Shown here: positions 48,295-58,566 of the stretch, in pieces
How positions within the stretch are numbered: the first letter of the stretch is position 1
How the letters are laid out: each line of letters begins with the position of its first letter
NCBI RefSeq assembly: GCF_055900595.2
Contig: NZ_CM148325.1
Length of the DNA: 64,000 nt
Reading direction: 5' to 3' (one strand)
The notes under the pieces: model-generated
The model's database searches: none
Told to the model about the DNA's origin: nothing
Seen by the model: only the letters and a program-made list of their open reading frames with translations
Translations under genes and position numbers: made by a program

Positions 48295-51200
48295 TTACAC
48301 CTCCACGCGGCCCAGCAGATAATGATGATGCTGGTGGACATGGCTAATGATGCGGCACATATCGTTCAGCTCCGGTGGTACGTTGTTGAACTGACCTTCG
48401 CTGTCGATGTTTAACACCCAGCTTTGGTTATTCAGACGTATGCGTACCTGGCAATCTTCCACAAGGAAGCCTGGGTTGCTGCTGTTATCAAAGTCTTGCG
48501 ACAGGCTGAATACGGTGATTTTGTCTTTATATGGTTTACCGTTCCACGGGCAGAACTGGGCGCAGTTGCCGCATTCGTTACAGTAAGCGTCGAGGTGCAG
48601 CGTCTGGAAACGGTTCTGGAATCCAGGGACCGCAATTGAGACATTGGCGCGGTTAGGGCAGACATCCACACACTTGCTGCAAACGTAGTTACATTCAAGA
48701 CAGCGAGAAGCTTCCTGAGCGACAAACGCATCACGATCGTCGCTATCCACCAGGGTGATAGAGATATCGCCTTTGCGTTGATAGATTTCCGCCGGATTGA
48801 CGTTGTTCCAGTATTTATCGTTCTGGTGGGAACGGATATTTTCCCGACTAAGGATGGCATCGGTCGCCCGACGCGCGGTTCCGACAGCAGCGACAATGGA
48901 GGATGGTCCGCGCTGTACGTCGCCGATCATAAAGACGTCAGTCAGACGAGTTTCGCCATTATGGTCGACGTCTGGCCAGCCGTTTTTGTCCAGCGGCACG
49001 CCCATCGCATTCAGGGCTTCAGTATCCTGCTGTTCACCAATGGCGGTGATCAGGCTGTCTACATGCAGTGTTACTGTTTCGTTGGTTTCAACCGGACGGC
49101 GACGACCTTTCTCATCAGGTTCGCCAAGCGACATAACGCGCAAGGTTAAGGTGCCATCAGCATCGAAACGTTCCGGATTATTCAGGAAACGGAACTCCAC
49201 GCCGTCGTGCAACGCTTCTTCATACTCTTCGCGCCATGCTGGCATCTCTTGCAGTGAACGACGGTAAACGACCGTTGCTTTTTCTACGCCTGGAACGCGT
49301 AACGCCGCACGAGCGCAGTCCATTGCGGTGTTACCCGCCCCGACAACGACCACATGTTTGCCCAGCTTGAGCGCTGTGCCCTTGTTGTATTCACGCAGGA
49401 AGGGGAGTGATTTCCAGACATTTTGGTTGTCGCCCGCCAGTTTCACACCGCTATTTTTATCAGTGCCGGTGGCAATCAGAACATAGTGGAAGCCCTGATT
49501 TTTTAACTGTTCAACGGTCAGATCGGGTGAGCAGCCATACTCAAATTTCACGCCGTGAGCGGCAACAAAATCGATATCGTGCTGAATTAACTCTGCAGGA
49601 ATACGGAACTGAGGAATGATATTTTTCACCACGCCGCCCGCATTGGCTTCGCGTTCAAACAGCGTAACCGGATGGCCCGCTCTGGCAAGGAAGTAACCTG
49701 CTGCCAGACCCGCCGGACCTGCACCAATCACGGCAACCGGATGGCGTGAACCAGAACCGGCTGGTTTGTGCCAGCGTTGCTTATATTCATCCCAACCTTT
49801 TTCCAGCGCGACTTTTTTCAGTTCGCGGATATTCAGCGCACTGTCGTAATCCAGGCGGGTACAGTTGTATTGGCACTGGTGATCGCAAATATGACCGGTA
49901 ATGGCGGGCAGGGCGTTGCGTTGGTAGATGAGTTCCAGTGCGTCGGCATAGCGGTGTTCGCCAAGCAGACGGATGTATTCCGGAATATCCTGTTTAATGG
50001 CGCAAGCAGTAACGCACGGTGCAACGTAGCAGTCGGTCAACGGCAGGTCTTCTGCCACTTCAATACGCTCTTCTGGCTTCCAGTGTTTCTGAGTGTATTC
50101 CATGGTTAACGCGTCTGCTGCCAGTTTGTTCAGTCGTTCGACGTCAACATGGTCAAGCCCCCAGGCGTCGGAGCCTTCCAGCTCGCGCATGCAGGCACTT
50201 AAGCGCAGATAGCCGCCAGGTTTCAGCAGGTCGGTTGCCATAGTAATAGGGCGAATACCAGTATCAAAAATATCGCGGATAGTCAGCTGACTGGCACCAC
50301 CGGAATAAGAAATGGGCAGTTTGCCGTCAAAGGCGCGAGAGAGAACTGCTGCAACATTGATGGAGAGCGGGAACAGCGCACGGCCTGACATATACATCTC
50401 TTCACCAGGCAGTGCGCCTTTATTGTTGATGGTGCCGAGAGTGTTAGTCAGTTTTACGCCAAAGCCGAGTGATTTTTCTTTTGCCAGTACCATCAGGCGT
50501 TCCAGCATTTCCAGCGCTTGCGTCAGCTTGAGGTCGTGATCAAATGACTCTTCTTTTAAGCCTATGTAACCGAAACCGCAGACATCGAGGATCTCACGAA
50601 CACGCGCGTACCCCAGTAAGGTCGGGTTGAGTTTCACAAAGGTATTGAGCCCTTTTTCTTCCAGCATGTAGCGGCAAATGGCTTCGATTTCATGCGGAGG
50701 ACAGCCGTGCATCGTGGAGAGGGTGACGCCCTGCACCATGCTGGTGGGGATGCGAGCGGGTAAGGCCTGCAAGCATTCGCGTTTTTCCTGTAAGCCGTGG
50801 CGGGCTAAAAATGCGTCATCCTGGAGTAATTTATTCAGCGTATCGCGATATTGAGCGAATTTCGGATGGTCAGATGCGTCCATCATATTGTCGATGAACT
50901 GTTGCATTGGCGGTTGCTTAATACCTTCGAGGTTGTAACCGACGCTCATATTAAAGATGAACGATTTACCGGAATCAGAAGGCTGGAACATCGCTTCGAG
51001 AAGGTGCAGGGCAAACCAGGCTTTGAGGTATTCATCCCAGGCTTTAAGCAGGGTAAATTCGGTAGACCATTCGGTGTTAAAGCACTCGTCTTCAGCGTCG
51101 ATACAGGGCTTTTCCAGTTCCAGGCGGTCAAGAATTTGGACAGTTTTTAGTTCGATGAAGCGTCCGCCAGTCAGCCAGGATGTGACAATATTTTGCGCGA

Positions 51201-51393
51201 GCTGCGTGTGCGGACCAGCGGCAGGGCCGACGGGAGTGGCACAGGTTTCACCGAAGACGCTAACAGTTTTACCTTTTACGGGTGAGTAAAACTGTTGCTC
51301 GGGAATACCAAAGATTGAGCGTTGTTGTTGGTATTCATCAAATATGCGCGTCAAAAGTTCCTCAAACGGAATGGGACGCATAATATCCCCCAT
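48295..51393 (-). CDS. ygfK: large Fe-S flavoprotein YgfK (GltD/DPD-like with ferredoxin domains; annotated putative selenate reductase component)
   Basis: 1032-aa ORF MGDIMRPIPFEELLTRIFDEYQQQRSIFGIP. Confidence 0.88.
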   Translation of the reverse strand: MGDIMRPIPFEELLTRIFDEYQQQRSIFGIPEQQFYSPVKGKTVSVFGETCATPVGPAAGPHTQLAQNIVTSWLTGGRFIELKTVQILDRLELEKPCIDAEDECFNTEWSTEFTLLKAWDEYLKAWFALHLLEAMFQPSDSGKSFIFNMSVGYNLEGIKQPPMQQFIDNMMDASDHPKFAQYRDTLNKLLQDDAFLARHGLQEKRECLQALPARIPTSMVQGVTLSTMHGCPPHEIEAICRYMLEEKGLNTFVKLNPTLLGYARVREILDVCGFGYIGLKEESFDHDLKLTQALEMLERLMVLAKEKSLGFGVKLTNTLGTINNKGALPGEEMYMSGRALFPLSINVAAVLSRAFDGKLPISYSGGASQLTIRDIFDTGIRPITMATDLLKPGGYLRLSACMRELEGSDAWGLDHVDVERLNKLAADALTMEYTQKHWKPEERIEVAEDLPLTDCYVAPCVTACAIKQDIPEYIRLLGEHRYADALELIYQRNALPAITGHICDHQCQYNCTRLDYDSALNIRELKKVALEKGWDEYKQRWHKPAGSGSRHPVAVIGAGPAGLAAGYFLARAGHPVTLFEREANAGGVVKNIIPQFRIPAELIQHDIDFVAAHGVKFEYGCSPDLTVEQLKNQGFHYVLIATGTDKNSGVKLAGDNQNVWKSLPFLREYNKGTALKLGKHVVVVGAGNTAMDCARAALRVPGVEKATVVYRRSLQEMPAWREEYEEALHDGVEFRFLNNPERFDADGTLTLRVMSLGEPDEKGRRRPVETNETVTLHVDSLITAIGEQQDTEALNAMGVPLDKNGWPDVDHNGETRLTDVFMIGDVQRGPSSIVAAVGTARRATDAILSRENIRSHQNDKYWNNVNPAEIYQRKGDISITLVDSDDRDAFVAQEASRCLECNYVCSKCVDVCPNRANVSIAVPGFQNRFQTLHLDAYCNECGNCAQFCPWNGKPYKDKITVFSLSQDFDNSSNPGFLVEDCQVRIRLNNQSWVLNIDSEGQFNNVPPELNDMCRIISHVHQHHHYLLGRVEV

Positions 51394-51473
51394 AACCCTC
51401 TCCTTAGCTTATACAGATATCATTGAGTGACCGGTGTTGAGAAATCCGGTGGTTTAGGGGGATAGAGCAACAA

Positions 51474-51490
51474 TCGCACCACTCTTGCCA
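51474..51490 (-). promoter_or_regulatory. candidate sigma54 (-24/-12) promoter for the ygfK-ssnA-ygfM-xdhD operon
   Basis: Minus-strand TGGCAA-gagtg-GTGC about 83 nt upstream of the ygfK ATG; GG and GC spaced as in the consensus TGGCAC-N5-TTGC. Confidence 0.3.
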
Positions 51491-51714
51491 GGTTTGGCGG
51501 GAAATATAAAAAAATGTGAGGCGGCTCGAAACTTAAGGGCTTTTTGTGAATGAACTCACAGGTGCCAAATGAGAATTAAAATCACTCCTGGAAATTATTA
51601 TTACCAGCCCATTTATCACTTTTTCTCTTTTCTCAAAATCAGTGATTCCTTATCATAATGATAAAGCAGGCTGGATGGTTTAAATATTTGAGCGCAAACG
51701 TTTAACTACGTTTT

Positions 51715-52293
51715 CTAAATTTCAGTATACCTTTTTTGCGCTGTAATAAAGTCGTCCGGAGTATCAATATCTAAAATTATTTCTGCATTCTCTATTTCGA
51801 CGGAATAATGTTCTCCCATAAGGAGTGCCTGACGCATATTGGTGACATTGGGTCGCTGGGTTGCCTGCATCAGGCATGGCTTTGACACTAAAATCGGATG
51901 GCCGGGGATACCTTTATGGAGTGGCAGTATTGCGCCATCATTACGTAACGACCAGATTTTTCTAAAAATATCGATGGTGAGGGTTGGCATGTCACCGTGG
52001 GTGAGAAAACAATGTTCGGTTTGCACCGCGGGTACTGCGGCCTTTACTGATGTCAGTAAACCCTGCGCATAATTTGGGTTGTGGATAATAGTGATATTAC
52101 TCTGGTTCGCATAACGTTCGTGCAGTTCATTACCACGATAGCCGGTGACTAAAATAATTCGGCTACAAAACTGCAACGCATTTTTGATACTTGCATCAAG
52201 AATTGTTCCCTGTTGCCAGGGTAACATCATTTTCCATTGCCCCATTCTTGATGATAATCCGGCAGCGGTAATTATACAGTCGATGGCTGACAT
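51715..52293 (-). CDS. mocA: molybdenum cofactor cytidylyltransferase
   Basis: 192-aa ORF MSAIDCIITAAGLSSRMGQWKMMLPW (MobA-like nucleotidyltransferase). Confidence 0.85.
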   Translation of the reverse strand: MSAIDCIITAAGLSSRMGQWKMMLPWQQGTILDASIKNALQFCSRIILVTGYRGNELHERYANQSNITIIHNPNYAQGLLTSVKAAVPAVQTEHCFLTHGDMPTLTIDIFRKIWSLRNDGAILPLHKGIPGHPILVSKPCLMQATQRPNVTNMRQALLMGEHYSVEIENAEIILDIDTPDDFITAQKRYTEI

Positions 52294-52395
52294 AGTGGTT
52301 CCATTATTTATAGGGGCTAATAACGCCTGATAATTGCGTTACTTCCTGATGGATTAAGTTGGGGATAATTTATCCCAGAGAGGTCATAAAGACTC

Positions 52396-53166
52396 GTGAA
52401 AAGTATAGTTGACCCATCGGCATTATTCATTGATTTAGGCGCGCAGAAACGCCCCACTGTGATTTCTGTTGTTGGGGCTGGGGGGAAAACCAGCTTGCTT
52501 TTTTGGCTGGCAGAACTGCTCCAGGCTAGCGGCAGGCGTGTGTTAATCACTACGACGACACATATGTTTATGCCAACGTCTCACTGGCCCGTGGTTTTCT
52601 GTCGTGATCCCGCCATGCTTCCTCATGCGTCTCTTACATCCCCCATTTCATTTTGTTTTCACAGCTGGAAAGCGAACCAGGGAAAAGTGCAGGGATTTAT
52701 GCCAGAAGCGATTGATGCACTGGTGCAACGACCAGAGTGTGACGTAATTCTCATTGAGGCAGATGGCTCGCGTGGAATGCCGTTAAAAGCGCCTGATGAG
52801 CACGAACCTTGCATACCCAAAAGCAGTTGCTGCGTGATTGCTGTGATGGGAGGACATATTTTGGGTGCGAAAGTGAGCACAGAAAATGTCCATCGCTGGT
52901 CGCAGTTTGCTGATATTACCGGGTTAACACCTGATGCAACCTTGCAACTGAGCGATCTCGTTGCGCTGGTTCGCCACCCTCAGGGCGCATTTAAAAACGT
53001 ACCGCAAGGTTGTCGGCGAGTCTGGTTCATTAACCGTTTTTCTCAATGTGAGAATGCGATTGCGCAAAGCGAGCTCCTTCAACCGCTGCAACAACACGAC
53101 GTAGAGGCAATCTGGCTGGGCGATATACAAGAACATCCTGCAATCGCGCGCAGATTTGTGAATTAG
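52396..53166 (+). CDS. yqeC: YqeC, accessory protein of the putative selenium-dependent molybdenum hydroxylase system
   Basis: 256-aa ORF with P-loop-like VVGAGGKTS. Confidence 0.8.
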   Translation: MKSIVDPSALFIDLGAQKRPTVISVVGAGGKTSLLFWLAELLQASGRRVLITTTTHMFMPTSHWPVVFCRDPAMLPHASLTSPISFCFHSWKANQGKVQGFMPEAIDALVQRPECDVILIEADGSRGMPLKAPDEHEPCIPKSSCCVIAVMGGHILGAKVSTENVHRWSQFADITGLTPDATLQLSDLVALVRHPQGAFKNVPQGCRRVWFINRFSQCENAIAQSELLQPLQQHDVEAIWLGDIQEHPAIARRFVN

Positions 53167-53213
53167 CGGCCCGGGTATTCCGGGTTACTGAAAGGATATC
53201 CATTGAGGTTGGT

Positions 53214-54839
53214 ATGAATATTTTCACAGAGGCTGCAAAACTTGAAGAGCAAAATTGTCCGTTTGCGATGGCGCAAATTGTTGATAGCCGAGGCTCGACT
53301 CCCCGCCATTCTGCACAAATGTTAGTGCGCGCCGATGGTTCTATCGTCGGTACAATTGGTGGTGGAATGGTTGAGCGGAAGGTGATTGAAGAGTCGCTTC
53401 AGGCATTGCAGGAACGTAAGCCGCGATTATTCCATGGACGTATGGCTCGTAACGGTGTGGATGCTGTCGGGTCAGATTGTGGAGGTGCAATGTCCGTGTT
53501 TATCAGCGTCCATGGTATGCGTCCTCGTCTGGTGTTGATTGGCGCGGGGCATGTCAACCGGGCGATAGCCCAGAGTGCGGCGCTATTAGGATTTGATATT
53601 GCCGTTGCCGATATTTATCGCGAAAGCCTTAATCCTGAATTATTCCCACCATCAACCACGCTTCTCCATGCTGAGTCGTTTGGTGCGGCAGTGGAAGCAC
53701 TGGATATTCGCCCTGATAATTTTGTCCTGATTGCCACGAATAATCAGGATCGTGAAGCCCTCGACAAACTCATTGAACAGCCCATTGCATGGCTGGGGTT
53801 GCTGGCAAGTCGCCGCAAGGTTCAGCTTTTCCTACGTCAATTGCGTGAGAAAGGCGTGGCTGAAGAACATATTGCCCGTTTACATGCGCCCGTTGGTTAC
53901 AACATAGGTGCGGAAACGCCGCAGGAGATCGCCATCAGCGTGCTGGCAGAAATATTACAGGTGAAAAATAACGCGCCGGGTGGGCTGATGATGAAACCTT
54001 CTCATCCTTCCGGACACCAGCTGGTGGTGATTCGCGGTGCGGGGGATATCGCCAGTGGTGTGGCGCTACGTCTGTATCATGCGGGTTTTAAAGTGATCAT
54101 GCTGGAAGTGGAAAAACCGACAGTGATTCGTTGTACCGTGGCGTTTGCCCAGGCCGTGTTCGATGGCGAAATGACGGTCGAAGGCGTCACTGCCCGCCTG
54201 GCAACCAGCTCTGCGGAAGCGATGAAACTTACCGAACGCGGATTCATCCCTGTGATGGTAGATCCCGCCTGTTCATTGCTTGATGAACTGAAACCGCTTT
54301 GCGTGGTGGACGCTATTCTGGCGAAACAGAATTTGGGTACGCGGGCAGATATGGCACCAGTAACAATCGCGCTTGGGCCGGGCTTTACTGCTGGGAAGGA
54401 TTGCCATGCGGTAATTGAAACAAATCGCGGGCACTGGCTCGGTCAGGTGATTTACTCTGGTTGTGCGCAGGAGAATACCGGTGTTCCCGGCAATATTATG
54501 GGGCATACCACCCGACGGGTGATCCGTGCTCCTGCTGCAGGCATTATGCGATCCAACGTGAAATTAGGCGATCTGGTGAAAGAGGGCGATGTGATTGCCT
54601 GGATTGGTGAGCATGAAATTAAAGCACCGTTGACGGGGATGGTGCGTGGCTTGTTGAACGACGGACTGGCGGTGGTCGGTGGTTTTAAAATTGGTGATAT
54701 CGATCCACGTGGTGAAACGGCTGATTTCACCAGCGTTTCTGATAAAGCCCGGGCAATTGGCGGCGGCGTACTTGAGGCATTAATGATGTTGATGCATCAG
54801 GGCGTTAAAGCGACAAAAGAAGTGCTGGAAGTGGCTTAA
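53214..54839 (+). CDS. yqeB: YqeB, XdhC/CoxI-family molybdo-hydroxylase maturation protein
   Basis: 541-aa ORF MNIFTEAAKLEEQNCPFAMAQIVDSRGSTPRHSAQMLV. Confidence 0.85.
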   Translation: MNIFTEAAKLEEQNCPFAMAQIVDSRGSTPRHSAQMLVRADGSIVGTIGGGMVERKVIEESLQALQERKPRLFHGRMARNGVDAVGSDCGGAMSVFISVHGMRPRLVLIGAGHVNRAIAQSAALLGFDIAVADIYRESLNPELFPPSTTLLHAESFGAAVEALDIRPDNFVLIATNNQDREALDKLIEQPIAWLGLLASRRKVQLFLRQLREKGVAEEHIARLHAPVGYNIGAETPQEIAISVLAEILQVKNNAPGGLMMKPSHPSGHQLVVIRGAGDIASGVALRLYHAGFKVIMLEVEKPTVIRCTVAFAQAVFDGEMTVEGVTARLATSSAEAMKLTERGFIPVMVDPACSLLDELKPLCVVDAILAKQNLGTRADMAPVTIALGPGFTAGKDCHAVIETNRGHWLGQVIYSGCAQENTGVPGNIMGHTTRRVIRAPAAGIMRSNVKLGDLVKEGDVIAWIGEHEIKAPLTGMVRGLLNDGLAVVGGFKIGDIDPRGETADFTSVSDKARAIGGGVLEALMMLMHQGVKATKEVLEVA

Positions 54840-54879
54840 ATGAAAATGGCCGGATGGTATTACCCACCCGGCCTTTAAA

Positions 54880-55812
54880 TTACTGACAAATCACCGTTCC
54901 GGTTTTGCCTTCAATCCCTTCTTTCGCTTTGCTCAATACGGTAATCAGTGCTTCGCGTCCAGCGCGAGAGCGAGCAAACGAGGCGGCTGCTTCCACTTTA
55001 GGCAGCATAGAACCTTTCGCAAAATGACCTTCTTCGATAAAGCGTTCAGCATCGACCAATGACAGGCGGTCGAGCCACTGCTCATTCTCTTTACCGAAGT
55101 TAATGGCCACTTTTTCTACCGCGGTCAGAATGATCAGCATATCGGCATCAATCATTTCTGCTAAACGGGCACTGGCCCAGTCTTTATCGATAACCGCGCT
55201 GGCACCACGCAGATGGTTACCTTCACGAATAACAGGAATACCACCACCGCCAACGGTGATCACTACCTGGCCTGCATCTACCAGAGCTTTAACCGTTTCT
55301 TTTTCAATGATATCAACCGGTTTTGGCGAGGCAACAACACGGCGATAGCCGCGACCAGCATCTTCTTTCAGAGTGTAACCCTGTTTTGTCAGTTGCTCGG
55401 CTTCCTGCTCGGTAAAGAACGAACCGATTGGTTTGGTCGGGTTGAGGAATGCCGGATCGTTAGCGTCGACTTCGACCTGGGTAACCAGCGTTGCTACAGG
55501 TTTATTAATGCCACGAGAAAGCAGTTCTTCTCTTAAGGCGTTTTGTAGATCGTAACCAATATAACCCTGGCTTAAGGCAACACAGACAGACATCGGCAGC
55601 ATTGGCGAGTGCGCTTCCGTTTTTGCGGCAGCTTCAAAGGCCTGGTTAATCATGCCCACCTGCGGCCCGTTACCATGAGTGACGATGACCTCATGTCCCT
55701 GGGCAATTAAATCAACAATTGCCTGAGACGTAATTTTTACCGCTTTCATTTGTCCGGCTAGATCGTCGCCCAGCGCATTCCCGCCCAGGGCGAGAACAAT
55801 TTTCTTACTCAT
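54880..55812 (-). CDS. yqeA: carbamate kinase-like protein
   Basis: 310-aa ORF MSKKIVLALGGNALG (amino acid kinase family). Confidence 0.88.
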   Translation of the reverse strand: MSKKIVLALGGNALGDDLAGQMKAVKITSQAIVDLIAQGHEVIVTHGNGPQVGMINQAFEAAAKTEAHSPMLPMSVCVALSQGYIGYDLQNALREELLSRGINKPVATLVTQVEVDANDPAFLNPTKPIGSFFTEQEAEQLTKQGYTLKEDAGRGYRRVVASPKPVDIIEKETVKALVDAGQVVITVGGGGIPVIREGNHLRGASAVIDKDWASARLAEMIDADMLIILTAVEKVAINFGKENEQWLDRLSLVDAERFIEEGHFAKGSMLPKVEAAASFARSRAGREALITVLSKAKEGIEGKTGTVICQ

Positions 55813-55859
55813 TTTTCCTCACTCATCATTCTTGATTGTGTATAGATCCCTGGCAGTGG

Positions 55860-57245
55860 TTAGAGCACGGGAGGGACAAACGGTTTGCGTCGCAGGAAAC
55901 GACCTCGCCCGGCTTTACCTGTAAAGGTGCCGTCACAGAAAATCGTTTCACCACGGGATAATGTTCTGACAATTGCGCCCTGACAGGTAAAACCCTCCCA
56001 GGGCGAGTAGTCGGCGTTGTCGTGGAGATGGCGGTGTTGAATTTGTTGACTCTGACGTGGGTCGATAATTACCACATCACCATCTGAGCCGGGCGCTAAT
56101 AATCCTTTTTGTGGCCACAGGCCAAATAGCCTGGCGGGCATCGCACTGGTCAATTCAACAAAACGCTCCGGTGTGATACGTCCCGTCATCACGCCACTGG
56201 AGAACAGCAACTGCATGCGGTTTTCCACACCGGGCAAGCCATTTGGGCAGCGGCTGAAATCGCCTTTAGAAATTTGCTGGCGCTGGGCCATCGAGAAGGT
56301 GCAGTGATCGGTCGCCACTACGTCAATCGCACCATCACTAATGCCACACCACAGTTTGTCCTGCTCACGCACGTTACGCAGTGGTGGGCTAAGAATGAAC
56401 TTCATGCCGTCTTCTGTATCGTAACTGCGTTCGTCCAGCAGGAGATATTGCGGGCAGGTTTCAACCCAGACTGGCTGGTGATTCGCGCGGGCAAGACGCA
56501 GATAATCCAGACCTAAGCCGTTAGAGAGGTGGACGATATAGAGCGGGGCGTTACCGGCAATTTGTGCCAGGTTAATCATGCGTGCGATGGCTTCCGCTTC
56601 GCATTCCAGAGGGCGACTCAAGGCGTGATAGCGCGGCGCGGTTAACCCTGCGGCGATAAACTCCGCCCGCTTGCTGGCGATAGCCGCGTCATTTTCCGGG
56701 TGCACGGTGGTCAGCGCGCCGGACTCATGCAAGCGGCGTAACGCCTGCAAAACCTCGTCGTCGTTGAGTTTGTATTGATAGGTTAAATAGAGTTTAAAAC
56801 TGCTCAGTCCTTCTTCGACCATCATCGGAATTTCGTCGAGGATGGCGTGATTAATGTGCTGGATAACACCGTGAAAGCTGTAGTCAATAACCGCTTTATG
56901 GGCGGCATAACCACGATAAACTTCCAGTTGATGGCGTAACCGGCAGCCATTCGGGCCAAATCCCATATGGTCAATAATGGTTGTTGTACCGCCACACGCA
57001 GCTGCGCGGGTACCGGTAAAAAAATCATCACAACTGCGCGCGATGCCGACATCAATATTGAAATGCGTATGGACATCCACGCCGCCAGGGAAAACGTAAC
57101 AGCCAGTGGCATCAATTTCTTCATACGGGAGCTGCGGCGAAATATTGCTGCCCAATTGGCGAACAATCCCGCTCTCAATCAGCAAATCTTGTTTGGCTTG
57201 TCCATCTGCGTTAACGACAGTGCCGTTTTTGATCAATACGCGCAT
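55860..57245 (-). CDS. hyuA: D-phenylhydantoinase / dihydropyrimidinase-like cyclic amidohydrolase
   Basis: ORF 55860..57257; 461 aa beginning MRVLIKNGTVVNADGQ. Confidence 0.88.
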   Translation of the reverse strand: MRVLIKNGTVVNADGQAKQDLLIESGIVRQLGSNISPQLPYEEIDATGCYVFPGGVDVHTHFNIDVGIARSCDDFFTGTRAAACGGTTTIIDHMGFGPNGCRLRHQLEVYRGYAAHKAVIDYSFHGVIQHINHAILDEIPMMVEEGLSSFKLYLTYQYKLNDDEVLQALRRLHESGALTTVHPENDAAIASKRAEFIAAGLTAPRYHALSRPLECEAEAIARMINLAQIAGNAPLYIVHLSNGLGLDYLRLARANHQPVWVETCPQYLLLDERSYDTEDGMKFILSPPLRNVREQDKLWCGISDGAIDVVATDHCTFSMAQRQQISKGDFSRCPNGLPGVENRMQLLFSSGVMTGRITPERFVELTSAMPARLFGLWPQKGLLAPGSDGDVVIIDPRQSQQIQHRHLHDNADYSPWEGFTCQGAIVRTLSRGETIFCDGTFTGKAGRGRFLRRKPFVPPVL

Positions 57246-57297
57246 AGCAAACTCCAAAAACCCTCCGGCGAACCGGAGGGGAATAAGTGAAGAGTAA

Positions 57298-58509
57298 TTA
57301 TTCGGTTGCCAGCCAGCTTAACGGGATTGCAGCGTACATAGCGGCACAGGTCACCAGGTGAGATTTCCAGGTTTTTTCGTTAGGTGCGTGCGCTTCAGGT
57401 TCTTTACCAGGGCCAAAACCGATCACCGGAATGCCGTGACGACCCATGATGGAGACGCCGTTAGTTGAGAAGGTCCACTTATCAACAACCGGCGCTTTGC
57501 CAAACAGCCCTTCGTAGGCGTTCACCAGGGCTTTAACAGTGAAGTGATCTTCTTCCACTTTCCAGGTCGGGAAGTAGCATTCGGTTGGGTAAACCAGGCC
57601 AGTCCAGGAAGGACGGTCGTAGTTGTACATAGAAACAACCGCGTTAGCTTTCTGTACCGCAGGCAGGGCGCGGATTTCGTCCAGCGCGCCTTCCCAGGTT
57701 TCGCCCCAGGTCAGACGACGGTCAATTGAAACTGCGCAGCTGTCTGCTACAGCGCAACGGCTTGGAGATGTGAAGAAGATTTCAGAAACGGTGAGGGTGC
57801 CTTTGCCGAGGAATTCGTCATAGCCCAGGCGCTGGGAGAGTTCCTGCAATTCTCCAAGAATCGGACCCATTTTGAAAATGGCGTTATCACCGCGTTCTGG
57901 CGCAGAGCCGTGGCAGCTAACGCCCTGAACATCAATGCGAATTTCCATACGACCGCGTTGACCACGATATACCTGGCAGTCGGTTGGTTCGGTACTGACC
58001 ACAAATTCCGGGCGAATGCCAGATTGTTCAATAATGTACTGCCAGCACAGACCGTCGCAGTCTTCTTCCTGCACAGTGCCGGTGACCAGCAGGGTGTATT
58101 CATCTTCCAGACCGAGGTCTTTAATGATTTTACCGGCATAAACCATAGATGCCATGCCGCCTTCCTGGTCGGAAGTACCACGGCCGCCTATCAGCTCATC
58201 AGTTTCCATGCCTTCGTACGGATCGAAGTCCCAGTTTTTGATGTTGCCAATGCCGACGGTGTCGATATGCGCGTCCATCGCCACCAGACGCGGGCCGTGA
58301 CCGATATAACCGAGCACGTTGCCCATCGGGTCGATTTCAACTTTATCGAAGCCGACTTTTTCCATCTCTTCTTTAATACGATGCACTACGCGTTTTTCGT
58401 CGCAGCTTTCGCTGGGGATCGCAACCATGTCGCGCAGGAAGCGAGTCATGTCTGCCTGGTAATCTCTTGCTTTTTCAAGAATCAGTTTGAATGGAATATT
58501 CTTAGCCAT
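57298..58509 (-). CDS. ygeY: M20-family peptidase / amidohydrolase YgeY
   Basis: 403-aa ORF. Confidence 0.88.
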   Translation of the reverse strand: MAKNIPFKLILEKARDYQADMTRFLRDMVAIPSESCDEKRVVHRIKEEMEKVGFDKVEIDPMGNVLGYIGHGPRLVAMDAHIDTVGIGNIKNWDFDPYEGMETDELIGGRGTSDQEGGMASMVYAGKIIKDLGLEDEYTLLVTGTVQEEDCDGLCWQYIIEQSGIRPEFVVSTEPTDCQVYRGQRGRMEIRIDVQGVSCHGSAPERGDNAIFKMGPILGELQELSQRLGYDEFLGKGTLTVSEIFFTSPSRCAVADSCAVSIDRRLTWGETWEGALDEIRALPAVQKANAVVSMYNYDRPSWTGLVYPTECYFPTWKVEEDHFTVKALVNAYEGLFGKAPVVDKWTFSTNGVSIMGRHGIPVIGFGPGKEPEAHAPNEKTWKSHLVTCAAMYAAIPLSWLATE

Positions 58510-58566
58510 TATTTTTCTCCAGATTTTTTACTCCCCGTTTGGCGGGGAGCAGTTCCAATAGGGTGA

